From assembly GCA_045046875.1 (NCBI GenBank), contig JASFYY010000013.1, positions 1-38,844 of the forward strand: a stretch of DNA of 38,844 bases, in the 5' to 3' direction. The position numbers and the translations under genes were made by a program. Shown here piece after piece: positions 1 to 8,089 of the stretch; position 1 is the stretch's first letter; every line of letters starts with the position of its first letter. This DNA is from Verrucomicrobiota bacterium. Its GTDB lineage: Bacteria; Verrucomicrobiota; Verrucomicrobiia; Verrucomicrobiales; DEV007. The notes beneath the pieces are model-generated. The model ran no database searches. It had not been told where the DNA came from and saw nothing but the letters and a program-made list of their open reading frames with translations.

Positions 1-104
1 CCTCTGCCCGTTTTGAGTTGTGATTTCATTTTTAACTCGTTACTCTTTCGTGTAAGCCACCCTCGCACTCTGGCAGAGGATCGACTACATTCAAACGTTG
101 TGCC
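1..104 (+). mobile_element. Integron attC-like site, 5'-truncated by the window edge
   Basis: Ends in core site GTTGTGCC (97-104), 6 nt before the ATG at 111. Inner inverted repeat CCTCTGCC (1-8) / GGCAGAGG (72-79). Confidence 0.7.
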
Positions 105-110
105 TGGAAA

Positions 111-458
111 ATGAAGAGGCGAATTTACATATTGGTAATTTTTTTACTTGGAATAATAGTGGGAGGCTATTTGATTGGGCCGTCTGGGTATTCTCTGATC
201 TTTGCTCCCTTTCCTGATCAATGGTCTGATATTTCTATAGGAATGACTTCAGATAAAGCTCGGAAAATACTTGGAGTCCCTACAGCAAACGGACGGAATT
301 TAAAATTACTTGATCGGTGGATTATCATGAAAGGTGGAGTTTTTCTCCACCTCGACCTTTGGATTGAACCTAACGAATCTGGAACGGATCGAGTTAATAG
401 AATTGACCGATTCCGTCGTATTTCTGATTATACTTTTGACCATCAAACCAAAACTTAA
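111..458 (+). CDS. Cassette 1: membrane-anchored hypothetical protein with a SmpA/OmlA(BamE)-like motif
   Basis: 115 aa, AT-rich, N-terminal hydrophobic helix and an IGMTxxxARKILGVP motif. It fills the space between two core sites. Confidence 0.75.
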   Translation: MKRRIYILVIFLLGIIVGGYLIGPSGYSLIFAPFPDQWSDISIGMTSDKARKILGVPTANGRNLKLLDRWIIMKGGVFLHLDLWIEPNESGTDRVNRIDRFRRISDYTFDHQTKT

Positions 459-462
459 CTTG

Positions 463-583
463 GGCACAACAAACGGCGTAGCCAAGCCACTACCCACCTA
501 CAGTTATGGCTCACCGAAATCCCAACCATCAAATACAGAAGCAACGCTTGCTCCCAGTGTCTGGTTAGCCTCCACGTTGTGCC
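463..583 (+). mobile_element. attC site 1 (121 bp)
   Basis: GGCACAAC (463-470) is exactly complementary to GTTGTGCC (576-583). Inner arms GGCGTAGCCA / TGGTTAGCC pair imperfectly with one unpaired base. Begins 4 nt after the stop and ends 6 nt before the next ATG. Confidence 0.88.
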
Positions 584-589
584 TAAAAA

Positions 590-904
590 ATGAAAACGTC
601 CATCGTAACTTCATCACGCATAGCGCTTCTTGTATTTAGCACGGCTTCGATATTTCTCTTGATGATAGTATGTAGCAGTTGGAGCAGCTTTTCTTCACCT
701 GATCCCAATCCTACCCAATTACGCTGGCTAGTAGTTTCAGACATACTCACACTTCCCACAAAGGTATTCCCGAACAACTTACATGGATCAACCCTATTCA
801 TCTTTGTCCTAATATTCTGGTCGGCAGCTCTATACGCTATTAGTTACTTTCTTATTTTCATCCTCAACAGAATATCGAAAAACATCCGTGGAGTTCAGGT
901 CTAA
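590..904 (+). CDS. Cassette 2: small two-TM hypothetical membrane protein
   Basis: 104 aa with two hydrophobic stretches, bounded by attC sites. Confidence 0.7.
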   Translation: MKTSIVTSSRIALLVFSTASIFLLMIVCSSWSSFSSPDPNPTQLRWLVVSDILTLPTKVFPNNLHGSTLFIFVLIFWSAALYAISYFLIFILNRISKNIRGVQV

Positions 905-910
905 TAAAGA

Positions 911-1038
911 TGCACAGCAAAACGGCGTAGACCAAGCCGCCACCCACCGGCAGTTATGACTCACCTTAATTTTAAACATCAAACCCTTCATCAACGCACA
1001 CTCCTGTTCAGGGATGCGGTGTGACTTGACGTTGTGCC
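911..1038 (+). mobile_element. attC site 2 (128 bp) with a degenerate inverse core
   Basis: TGCACAGC ... GTTGTGCC (1031-1038). The left part aligns with attC1 at about 52 of 64 positions by manual count. Confidence 0.82.
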
Positions 1039-1046
1039 AAATAAAT

Positions 1047-1571
1047 ATGAACCGCGCTAAAGAAATGTTTTGGCAATATGCCTGCAACCACTTTTTTATC
1101 GCGCGCGATGGCTTCTATGAGGAATACAAAAAGCTCGGTGGAGGAAACAAGGATGAGGAGGCGCTATGGAAGTTGGAGTTTATTGCTGACCAGTTAACGA
1201 AACTCTCCACCGATGATTTCAAACCACTTCATCAACTTTGCAGTGCCAAAGCAGGTGAGGCCATACCTGCTTTACTCGACGTCGACGAATATGGCGATGA
1301 TTTATCGCGATTCTGGTACGCCTTCACACTTCATGACCTTACTCGTCATGGGTTTATATCGGAAGAAAATAAGAAGAAGGCACTTATGAAAGCGAATGAA
1401 TTGTGGTAAGGCATTTTAAAGCATCCCGTCGGAATTACTGAAGTGAATCGCACTCAGGTATCTGAATTCATGGTAAAGGATCTTGAAGTGAAGACGGCGG
1501 AAGGTTATGTTAGGGATTATGCACAATCGAAGCTCCAAGAAGCAAGTCGCAGAACAAACGAGAGTAGGTAA
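1047..1571 (+). pseudogene. Cassette 3: helical hypothetical protein interrupted by an in-frame TAA at 1407-1409
   Basis: ATG at 1047. The same frame stays open after the TAA (GILKHPVGITEVNRTQVSEFMVKDLEVKTAEGYVRDYAQSKLQEASRRTNESR) to a TAA at 1569-1571 inside the next attC. Confidence 0.7.
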
Positions 1572-1682
1572 TTTCTTCCTCGCCTTTAGTTCTCTTGCAT
1601 TCTAGTTTTGATTACGTCACAATTTGGCCGCAAAAGCGGCAGGGTTTCGTTCCAGGAATCATCTGTCTCTGAACGTTGTGCG
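1548..1682 (+). mobile_element. attC site 3 (135 bp)
   Basis: CGCAGAAC (1548-1555) ... GTTGTGCG (1675-1682), with imperfect inner arms GAGAGTAGGTAATTTCTT / AGGAATCATCTGTCTCT. Confidence 0.75.
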
Positions 1683-1689
1683 AAGTACA

Positions 1690-1930
1690 ATGAAAACAGG
1701 ATTGAGGCAATATTTGGAATTTACTATTCTGTGTTAGATTAAAATTGAGGGTAACAAAATATGAAGGTGCTAACTATTATCTCGACTTGTGTGATGTCAG
1801 TATCAGAACAAGGAGCTGTGGATTGAGTGTTGAACTTATTGAAGCAAAAGAAGGGACCCGGCTAAAGGGGCCTCATTTTGATTATCCGGATCCAAGGCGA
1901 GTTGCTGATTTCATCAACAAACATGGATGA
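1690..1930 (+). pseudogene. Cassette 4 remnant (probably frameshifted, no closing attC)
   Basis: The ATG at 1690 sits at the usual distance from the core site but stops after 15 codons. Another frame is open from 1706 to the TGA at 1928-1930. Confidence 0.45.
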
Positions 1931-2070
1931 CGGGGATGCACGGGATGGTGAAGGAGGGTGGAAAAATTCTAGAGAGGGGGTGATTTCAAAAATGCGGTGC
2001 CCCATGACGGATCCTGGTTCCGCGTGATGTGGCTTGACAGTGATCTTGGCGCAGTCCAAGTCTAAGGACT

Positions 2071-2733
2071 ATGCCTGAAGATACTCCGGAAGTTCCACTT
2101 GACCCTACCTCTTTGCGCCTTGCGGCGTCGTCGGCCTTGATCCGTCGTCGGCGTACGATCAAGCCTGAGCAGATGAATACCCGTGCGGTGGACAAGCGTT
2201 TCATTGCTGCAATTTTGGAAAATGCCAATTGGGCGCCGAGTCATGGTTTGACCGAACCCTGGCGCTTTACAGTTTTCACCGGTGAGTCGCGGGAGGATCT
2301 GGCGGCTTATTTGCGCCGTTTGTATGTGCTGAAAACGACGGAGGAGAATTTTCGCGAGGACAAACTGGAGAAGCTGGGGCTCAATCCTTTGCGGGCTGAT
2401 GTGGCGATTGTGTTGGGGATGAAACGTCAGGACTCGGAGAAAATTCCCGAGGTGGAGGAAATCGAGGCGGTGGCTTGTGCGGTGCAGAACATGCATTTGA
2501 CGGCCTCGGCGATTGGCCTGGGGGCATTTTGGTCAACTCCGCCGATTGTCTATACGCCGGAAATGGTGAAATTTATTGAACTCGATCCTGAGCGTGACCA
2601 GTGTTTGGGAATATTTTATCTCGGCTGGCCAGAGGGCAGTGATGCGGAGGAAAAGGGGAAACCCGGTGAGGAAAGTCACTGGCCAGAGGGTAAAAGGGGG
2701 CCGGTGGCAGAGAAGATCAATTGGAAGGATTGA
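2071..2733 (+). CDS. Nitroreductase family protein (YdjA-like)
   Basis: IRRRRTIK, AxWAPSHGLTEPWRF and AVQNMHLTASAIGLGAFWST motifs; AAGGA upstream of the ATG. Confidence 0.9.
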   Translation: MPEDTPEVPLDPTSLRLAASSALIRRRRTIKPEQMNTRAVDKRFIAAILENANWAPSHGLTEPWRFTVFTGESREDLAAYLRRLYVLKTTEENFREDKLEKLGLNPLRADVAIVLGMKRQDSEKIPEVEEIEAVACAVQNMHLTASAIGLGAFWSTPPIVYTPEMVKFIELDPERDQCLGIFYLGWPEGSDAEEKGKPGEESHWPEGKRGPVAEKINWKD

Positions 2734-2826
2734 TGGGCGTGGGTTTTAGTTGTTTGCCAGCGGGTTTGCGGTGGAAACAAAGTTGGAGATTTGTTTTACG
2801 ATGAGGGTATTTTTAGACGCAAGGTG

Positions 2827-3333
2827 ATGGAAATTTTTATCGTAACGGTCAAATGGTTCACGGTGGTAACTTTGATGTTCGGGGGATTGGTGGGTACTTT
2901 TCTGCCGATCCTGCCCGGTTCGTTTTTCATCTTGATGGGGGCGGTGGCGCATTATTTTTTGTTTGGGCAGAGTGAGAGTGGTTTGTCATGGTTGAGTTTT
3001 GTGGTGCTGACCTTGTTGTTCGCTGTTTCGATTCTGGTGGATTGGGTCAGTGGGGCGATCGGGGCGAAGTGGTTCGGTGCTAGCAAGTGGGGCATTGGCG
3101 GGGCGATCCTGGGCGGGATCGTGGGGATTTTTTTTGGTTTCATTGGTCTCATCATCGGGCCGCTGCTGGGGGCTTTTTTGTTTGAAATGATTTTTGCTAA
3201 AAAGCAGCTCAATCTGGCGACCAAATCGACCTGGGGCACTTTGATCGGTGGCGGCGCGGGGCTGGTGGCGAAGCTGATGGTTTCGGTGGCGATGATAGCT
3301 TATTACATTATGGATGCATTTTTTGTGAATTGA
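2827..3333 (+). CDS. DUF456 (YqgC-like) membrane protein
   Basis: GTFLPILPG and GASKWGIGGAILGGIVG motifs with several Gly-rich TM helices. Start placed at ATG 2827. Confidence 0.85.
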   Translation: MEIFIVTVKWFTVVTLMFGGLVGTFLPILPGSFFILMGAVAHYFLFGQSESGLSWLSFVVLTLLFAVSILVDWVSGAIGAKWFGASKWGIGGAILGGIVGIFFGFIGLIIGPLLGAFLFEMIFAKKQLNLATKSTWGTLIGGGAGLVAKLMVSVAMIAYYIMDAFFVN

Positions 3334-3373
3334 CTCCCTTTACCTGGACTGACTTCGCCTATAGAGTCGCAGG

Positions 3374-3836
3374 GTGGAACAGGTCGGTGACGATCGCTGT
3401 TTTCGCGGCTTCGGCTGTTGGATTCAGAGGAAAGTCCGGACACCATAAGGCAGCGTCGCCCTGAGAAACCAGGGGAGGCGGGCAGCGAAAGCTCCCGTCG
3501 ACGGAAAGTGTCGCAGAAAACAAACCGCTTTTTTTGGCTTCGGCGAAAAGGAGTAAGGGTGAAAAGGCGAGGTAAGAGCTCACCGCTCCTTTGGGTAACC
3601 GGGGAGGCACGATAAACCCCATGCGGTGCAAGACATAACAGGACAAACGGGCCGCCTGCCCGGCTTCCGGAAGCTTCGGCGGACGGGAATGAGTCCGGGT
3701 ATTAGTCGCACCCTGCTTCGGCGGGGAAGGCTGCTGGCTTTCGGGTCGGTGGTTTTAGATAAATGATCGTACTTTTTTCACTTCGGTTCGCCGGGGTGGG
3801 GGAAGAACAGAATCCGGCTTACAAGACCTGTTCCAC
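3374..3836 (+). ncRNA. rnpB: RNase P RNA, bacterial type A
   Basis: GAGGAAAGTCCGG, GGGTGAAAAGGCGAGGTAAGAGC, AGATAAATGATC and ACAGAATCCGGCTTA motifs. P1 helix GTGGAACAGGTC / GACCTGTTCCAC. Confidence 0.97.
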
Positions 3837-3857
3837 ACTTTTTTGAGCGGCTTGTGT

Positions 3858-3886
3858 TTGCTTTGTTTTTGCATTTGAGATAGATT
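3858..3886 (+). promoter_or_regulatory. Putative sigma70 promoter of the TA pair (leaderless geometry)
   Basis: TTGCTT-17 bp-TAGATT; the ATG at 3893 begins 7 nt after the -10 box and no RBS is visible. Confidence 0.5.
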
Positions 3887-3892
3887 AGTCGC

Positions 3893-4090
3893 ATGACCGT
3901 TGAACAGCTAAAGAAGGAGGCTGAAGATCTAAGCTTTGAGGAAAAGGGGCAGTTGGCGGCTTATTTGGTGCATTTGCGAAATCGGCAGGATCCGGATTAC
4001 CTAAATGAAATGCAGAACCGGATCGAGGATGGGAAGGCATCCAATTGGTTGAGTCCAGATGAATTCGAGACTCGCTTGCAAGACCGCTGA
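3893..4090 (+). CDS. Putative antitoxin (addiction-module component)
   Basis: 65 aa, acidic. The MTVEQLKKEAxxLSxEEKxQLA start resembles addiction-module components, and it ends 2 nt before a toxin-like ORF. Confidence 0.7.
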   Translation: MTVEQLKKEAEDLSFEEKGQLAAYLVHLRNRQDPDYLNEMQNRIEDGKASNWLSPDEFETRLQDR

Positions 4091-4092
4091 TC

Positions 4093-4350
4093 ATGTCGCC
4101 TTATGCCGTGTATGTGCATGAGAAGGTGCTGATAGAGGCGCTGCCAAGTGGAAATACACATAAGTTGGTGCTGCAGTTTATACGGGACTTGGCGGATGAC
4201 CCTTTTCAAAAAGGGGATTTTCAAGACCGTGATGAAGCTGGCCATGAGCTTGAAATCAAAGTAGTAGGGAGTTTGGCGATTACTTATTGGGTAGATCTCG
4301 CGGTGCGTGAGGTGAAAGTGATCAATTTGCAGGGAGCGGACGAGGGATAA
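4093..4350 (+). CDS. Putative RelE/ParE-fold toxin
   Basis: 85 aa with the pattern YxVxV...IxxLAxDP...VGSLAITYWVD...VKVINL, downstream of a small acidic ORF. Confidence 0.65.
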   Translation: MSPYAVYVHEKVLIEALPSGNTHKLVLQFIRDLADDPFQKGDFQDRDEAGHELEIKVVGSLAITYWVDLAVREVKVINLQGADEG

Positions 4351-4432
4351 AAAGTGGGGTCTGTAAAAATAGGTGTAGGGTGGGGCAATTAATCGTTTTT
4401 TGAAAAACTTCTTACCTATCCACGCTGAACTA

Positions 4433-4520
4433 TCATTTTGCCCTTTCAGGGCAAGATGTCAATGGCGCTCCAGTCCCAGAGTTTCACTCTGGGCTATCTC
4501 ATTTTGCCCTTTCAGGGCAA
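4433..4520. repeat. REP-like cluster of three TTC-loop hairpins
   Basis: TCATTTTGCCCTTTCAGGGCAA occurs at 4433-4454 and 4499-4520, flanking CCCAGAGT-TTC-ACTCTGGG (4475-4493). Confidence 0.8.
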
Positions 4521-4620
4521 ACTTGTTTCACACTTTTTTATTGAAGAAGTGAATAATTGCGAAGACAATACGTCGAAGCTGTAACGCTGGAACTATAATC
4601 GATAATCAAATCAAAAAGCT

Positions 4621-4986
4621 ATGAAACCAACGAACCTTTTTTTGCTGACAGCCGTGGCGGCGATTGGCCTTTCTTCTACTTCTTGCAGTCAATACGCTCC
4701 CAATACTAAAAACGGAGCGGTGATAGGCGGCTTGATTGGAGCTGGAGCAGGTGCACTGATCGGCGATCACAACGGGCGTGGATTGGAAGGTGCTGCGATT
4801 GGCGCGGCAGCCGGGGCATTGGGCGGAGGCTTGATTGGTAGCGCTCGCGATGACCGTGAGCGGCGGTATTATAATGAGCAGCAGCGCAGGCAGCAGCAGT
4901 ATGATAACGGGTATGGACATGATCATCCGCCACAGAATTCAGGACAGTATTATCAGCACGACCGGCGCCAGCCCAGGTATTATTGA
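4621..4986 (+). CDS. Glycine-zipper lipoprotein
   Basis: Signal peptide ending STSC, then GAVIGGLIGAGAGALIG and GAAIGAAAGALGGGLIG, and a Q/Y-rich tail. Confidence 0.88.
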   Translation: MKPTNLFLLTAVAAIGLSSTSCSQYAPNTKNGAVIGGLIGAGAGALIGDHNGRGLEGAAIGAAAGALGGGLIGSARDDRERRYYNEQQRRQQQYDNGYGHDHPPQNSGQYYQHDRRQPRYY

Positions 4987-6548
4987 TCCTTGGCAGCGCC
5001 TTTGTTTTTCCATACGGTGAGCCGTCCGACTCTGCCGAGCGGGCCGGGCACGTGCATGCCGCCGCCGATGATGTCGGGGCGTTGATCTCCATCGATATCG
5101 CCGATATCGATGGTGGCTAGATTACTAGGGGAGTAAGCGATGCGGCGACGGGTGAAGTTTTGTTTGCCGTCATTTTCCAGCCAGATCAGACTGGGCAAAT
5201 CGTGTTCTTTCCAGTCGAAGTAGAGGCTGGAGCCGACCACGTCAAGGTCCCCGTCCCCGTCCATGTCGGCCGCGACGGCGCGATAACAGCTGTGGTAGCG
5301 GGTGATGTCGTGGAAGGTGAAGTTGAGCTTGCCGTCGTTTTCGAGCCACTGGATGCCGTGGTAGGGCTTGGGTGAGGGGTCGGTGTCCATCAGGTCGCCG
5401 TTGGAATAGAGGATGTCGGGATCGCCGTCTTGATCCATATCAACAATCTGGAATCCGGAGGAGCCGAAGGTCGGGTGTTTGGGTTGGCCGACCAGGAAGG
5501 GTTCGAACTTGCCTTGCCCCTGGTTCATGAAGCGCAGGATCATTTCGTGTTGTTGACTGACCAAGGCGACCAGGTCGAGGCGTCCGTCCTGGTCGAGGTC
5601 GACGATTTCCATGTGCATCACGCCGTTGATCTGGGAAATAATGTGCAGTTCGAATTTCTCCGGGGTGATTTGCTCCAGCCAGGCGGCGGCGCCGGTGGTG
5701 CGCCAGCCAAACATGGCGAGGCCAAAATCGATGTCGCCATCGCCGTCGAGATCAGCAGGCTGCATATCGGAGATGCGCGGGGTGCCGGAAATGAGCACGC
5801 GTTTTTCGAAATTCTGCTGGCCGTCATTGATCAATAGAATCGCCTCGCCGATCAGTAGGTCATTAGGGTTCATGTGGCCCATCGAGGCGATGGCAATGTC
5901 GAGATCGCCGTCTCCATCGAAGTCAAATACCTCCGAGTGCACTGGAGCGAGCACCATGGCGAGCTCGATTTCTTCTGTATCGGATATAGGGGAAGAAGAG
6001 GGGTTGCCGCCGTTTTTATAAGGCAGCCACGATACGGTGCCAATCAATTCGTCGCAGACAATCACATCGGCATGCCCGTCCTGGTCGAGGTCGGTGATGT
6101 TGACGTTGGTGATGTGCGGGCGATCACTGACGGGGGGATTGCCGACAGGCTGGGCTTCGAATAGCAATTTTGAGGGTAGGAAATCGTCGGGCAGGCGTGG
6201 AATGCGCTCCATGCTGAAACTTTCGTAGAAATGGCGCAATTCTGCGGTTTGTTGGTTGGTGAGCGGGACTTTTTGGTCGCGCAAATGTCCGGCCATGTCT
6301 TGGATCACCCGGGCCCAGGCAGCTCGAGGCATGACTAAAGGGTCGGGTACGCTGTGACAGATCGCGCAGGCGGCGCGCCGGAGTCGCAATACGGATTCGG
6401 GCACATTTTGGTAGCGGGCGATGTCTTGTGCGAGAGCTTGCTGCGGTGATTTGAGCTCCGCGGCGCCAAGGGGGGCAGCTGTGGTGAATAGCAGCGCGAC
6501 AAGGCTGGCGAGGAGAATATAGGGTTGGAAAGGCGACGACTGAGCCAT
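4980..6548 (-). CDS. Secreted FG-GAP/VCBS-repeat beta-propeller protein with an N-terminal CxxCH motif
   Basis: Signal-like N-terminus, CAICH, and seven DxDxDGxxD repeats. Confidence 0.85.
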   Translation of the reverse strand: MAQSSPFQPYILLASLVALLFTTAAPLGAAELKSPQQALAQDIARYQNVPESVLRLRRAACAICHSVPDPLVMPRAAWARVIQDMAGHLRDQKVPLTNQQTAELRHFYESFSMERIPRLPDDFLPSKLLFEAQPVGNPPVSDRPHITNVNITDLDQDGHADVIVCDELIGTVSWLPYKNGGNPSSSPISDTEEIELAMVLAPVHSEVFDFDGDGDLDIAIASMGHMNPNDLLIGEAILLINDGQQNFEKRVLISGTPRISDMQPADLDGDGDIDFGLAMFGWRTTGAAAWLEQITPEKFELHIISQINGVMHMEIVDLDQDGRLDLVALVSQQHEMILRFMNQGQGKFEPFLVGQPKHPTFGSSGFQIVDMDQDGDPDILYSNGDLMDTDPSPKPYHGIQWLENDGKLNFTFHDITRYHSCYRAVAADMDGDGDLDVVGSSLYFDWKEHDLPSLIWLENDGKQNFTRRRIAYSPSNLATIDIGDIDGDQRPDIIGGGMHVPGPLGRVGRLTVWKNKGAAKDQ

Positions 6549-6800
6549 GTATTATAGAATTGAGCTGCCATCTGATCACCCGAAGCGTGCTGTGGAGCAA
6601 CAGAAAACTGGTTCAGATGGATTAAATGGCAACTCGCAGATGTGGGAAAGGCATCGAAAAAGCTGGTGTGTTCCATAGATTATTCCTTGCAATTGGCCTT
6701 TAGCCAACCATAAATAGATTAGATCATTTGGGGCTCTGCATGGACTTTCGTGTCTGGTAGGGCTTCGCATGACGAGAGTTTGATTTTTTATTAAAAACCC

Positions 6801-8075
6801 ATGTTAAAACAATTACGTCAAAGAGAGGATAATCCCCTGCGGGTGGGGTTGGTAGGCTTAGGAGCTATGGGGCGAGGTATTGCCTGGCAGGTCAGCATCA
6901 CACCTGGCATGGTTTTAGGCTTCATTGCAGATATCGACTTGGAAGTGGCTCGGGATGCCGCCAAGTTGATCGGTTTGGAAGCAGTTGAGTTCGATGGCAA
7001 GGAAATTCCGGTTTTGACTGAAAAGCAGGTTTTGATTTCGACGGATGCTTTGAGTTTGCTGAAGCGTAATGATGAGCTCAAGCTCGATGCGTTTGTGGAG
7101 GCCACCAACGCGATTGCCGAGGCGGCGGAGTATTGTCTGGCGGCGATAGAGGGGAGCATGCATGTCATTCTGATGAATGCAGAGGTGGATCTTGTGTATG
7201 GCCCTCTGTTGAATGCCGAGGCGGCGAAGAAAGGGGTTATCGTGACGAGTGATGCTGGAGACCAGCATGGAGTTCTCATGGTGATGATCGATGAGATTGA
7301 AATGTGGGGATTTGAAATCGTACAGGCGGGTAACATCAAAGGATTTCTCGATCGTTACGCCACTCCGGACTCTATTCGGTTTGAAGCGGAAAAACGTAAT
7401 TTGAGTGCGGTGCAGTGCTGCGCTTATACCGACGGGAGCAAGTTGAACGTAGAGATGGCTCTGGTTTGTAATGCAACCGGCTTGGTGCCTTTTGTCGATG
7501 GCATGGAGGGACCTGCTTGTAAGGAGGTGAGCGAGGTGATGGATGGTTTGTTCGATTTTGACGCTTACCAAGGACAGGGGCGGGTTGACTATATTCTCGG
7601 CGCCGAACCCGGTGGCGGGGTTTATGTGGTGGGGCGCTGCGATGCGGAATTCCAAAAGCCTTACCTTGAGTATTATAAACTGGGAGATGGCCCTTATTAT
7701 CTTTTTTCTCGTCCGTATCATTTGTGTCACTTGGAAACGCCCAGGGCAATTGCCAAGGTTTGTTTGAATAAAAAGGCGATTCTGGTGCCGGATCATGGTC
7801 AGGTGGCCGATGTCTACGCTTACGCAAAAACTGATCTGAAAACAGGGCAGGAAGTCGAGCACAGTATTGGCGGAGCTGAATGTTATGGTTTGATCCGAAC
7901 TTGTGAAGCGGCCAGAGCCGATAATCATATACCGCTTGCGTGGTTGGAAGGTGAACCTGGAAAGAAGGCGGTTTTGAAACGCGACATCGCCAAGGATGAA
8001 GTGGTGAAAGTGGATGACGTTGAGTTTCCCGATATTTTGTTGCACCGTTTGCTTCAGCGTCAGGCTGAAATTTAA
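6801..8075 (+). CDS. NAD(P)-dependent oxidoreductase, homoserine-dehydrogenase-like with a C-terminal SAF domain
   Basis: VGLVGLGAMG Rossmann motif, GDQHG, YTDGSKLNVEMA, RPYHLCHLE and a SAF-like AKTDLKTG...LKRDIAKDEVV segment. Confidence 0.85.
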   Translation: MLKQLRQREDNPLRVGLVGLGAMGRGIAWQVSITPGMVLGFIADIDLEVARDAAKLIGLEAVEFDGKEIPVLTEKQVLISTDALSLLKRNDELKLDAFVEATNAIAEAAEYCLAAIEGSMHVILMNAEVDLVYGPLLNAEAAKKGVIVTSDAGDQHGVLMVMIDEIEMWGFEIVQAGNIKGFLDRYATPDSIRFEAEKRNLSAVQCCAYTDGSKLNVEMALVCNATGLVPFVDGMEGPACKEVSEVMDGLFDFDAYQGQGRVDYILGAEPGGGVYVVGRCDAEFQKPYLEYYKLGDGPYYLFSRPYHLCHLETPRAIAKVCLNKKAILVPDHGQVADVYAYAKTDLKTGQEVEHSIGGAECYGLIRTCEAARADNHIPLAWLEGEPGKKAVLKRDIAKDEVVKVDDVEFPDILLHRLLQRQAEI

Positions 8076-8089
8076 ACCCCGCTCAAAAC

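Noticed and set aside
97..1682. CRISPR interpretation of the recurring GTTGTGC motif
   Set aside because: The units are 455-644 bp apart and each holds an ORF, the repeats are long imperfect palindromes, and there are no cas genes.
3359..3646. ORFs 3359-3646 (-) and 3418-3615 (+)
   Set aside because: Both overlap the rnpB RNA gene.
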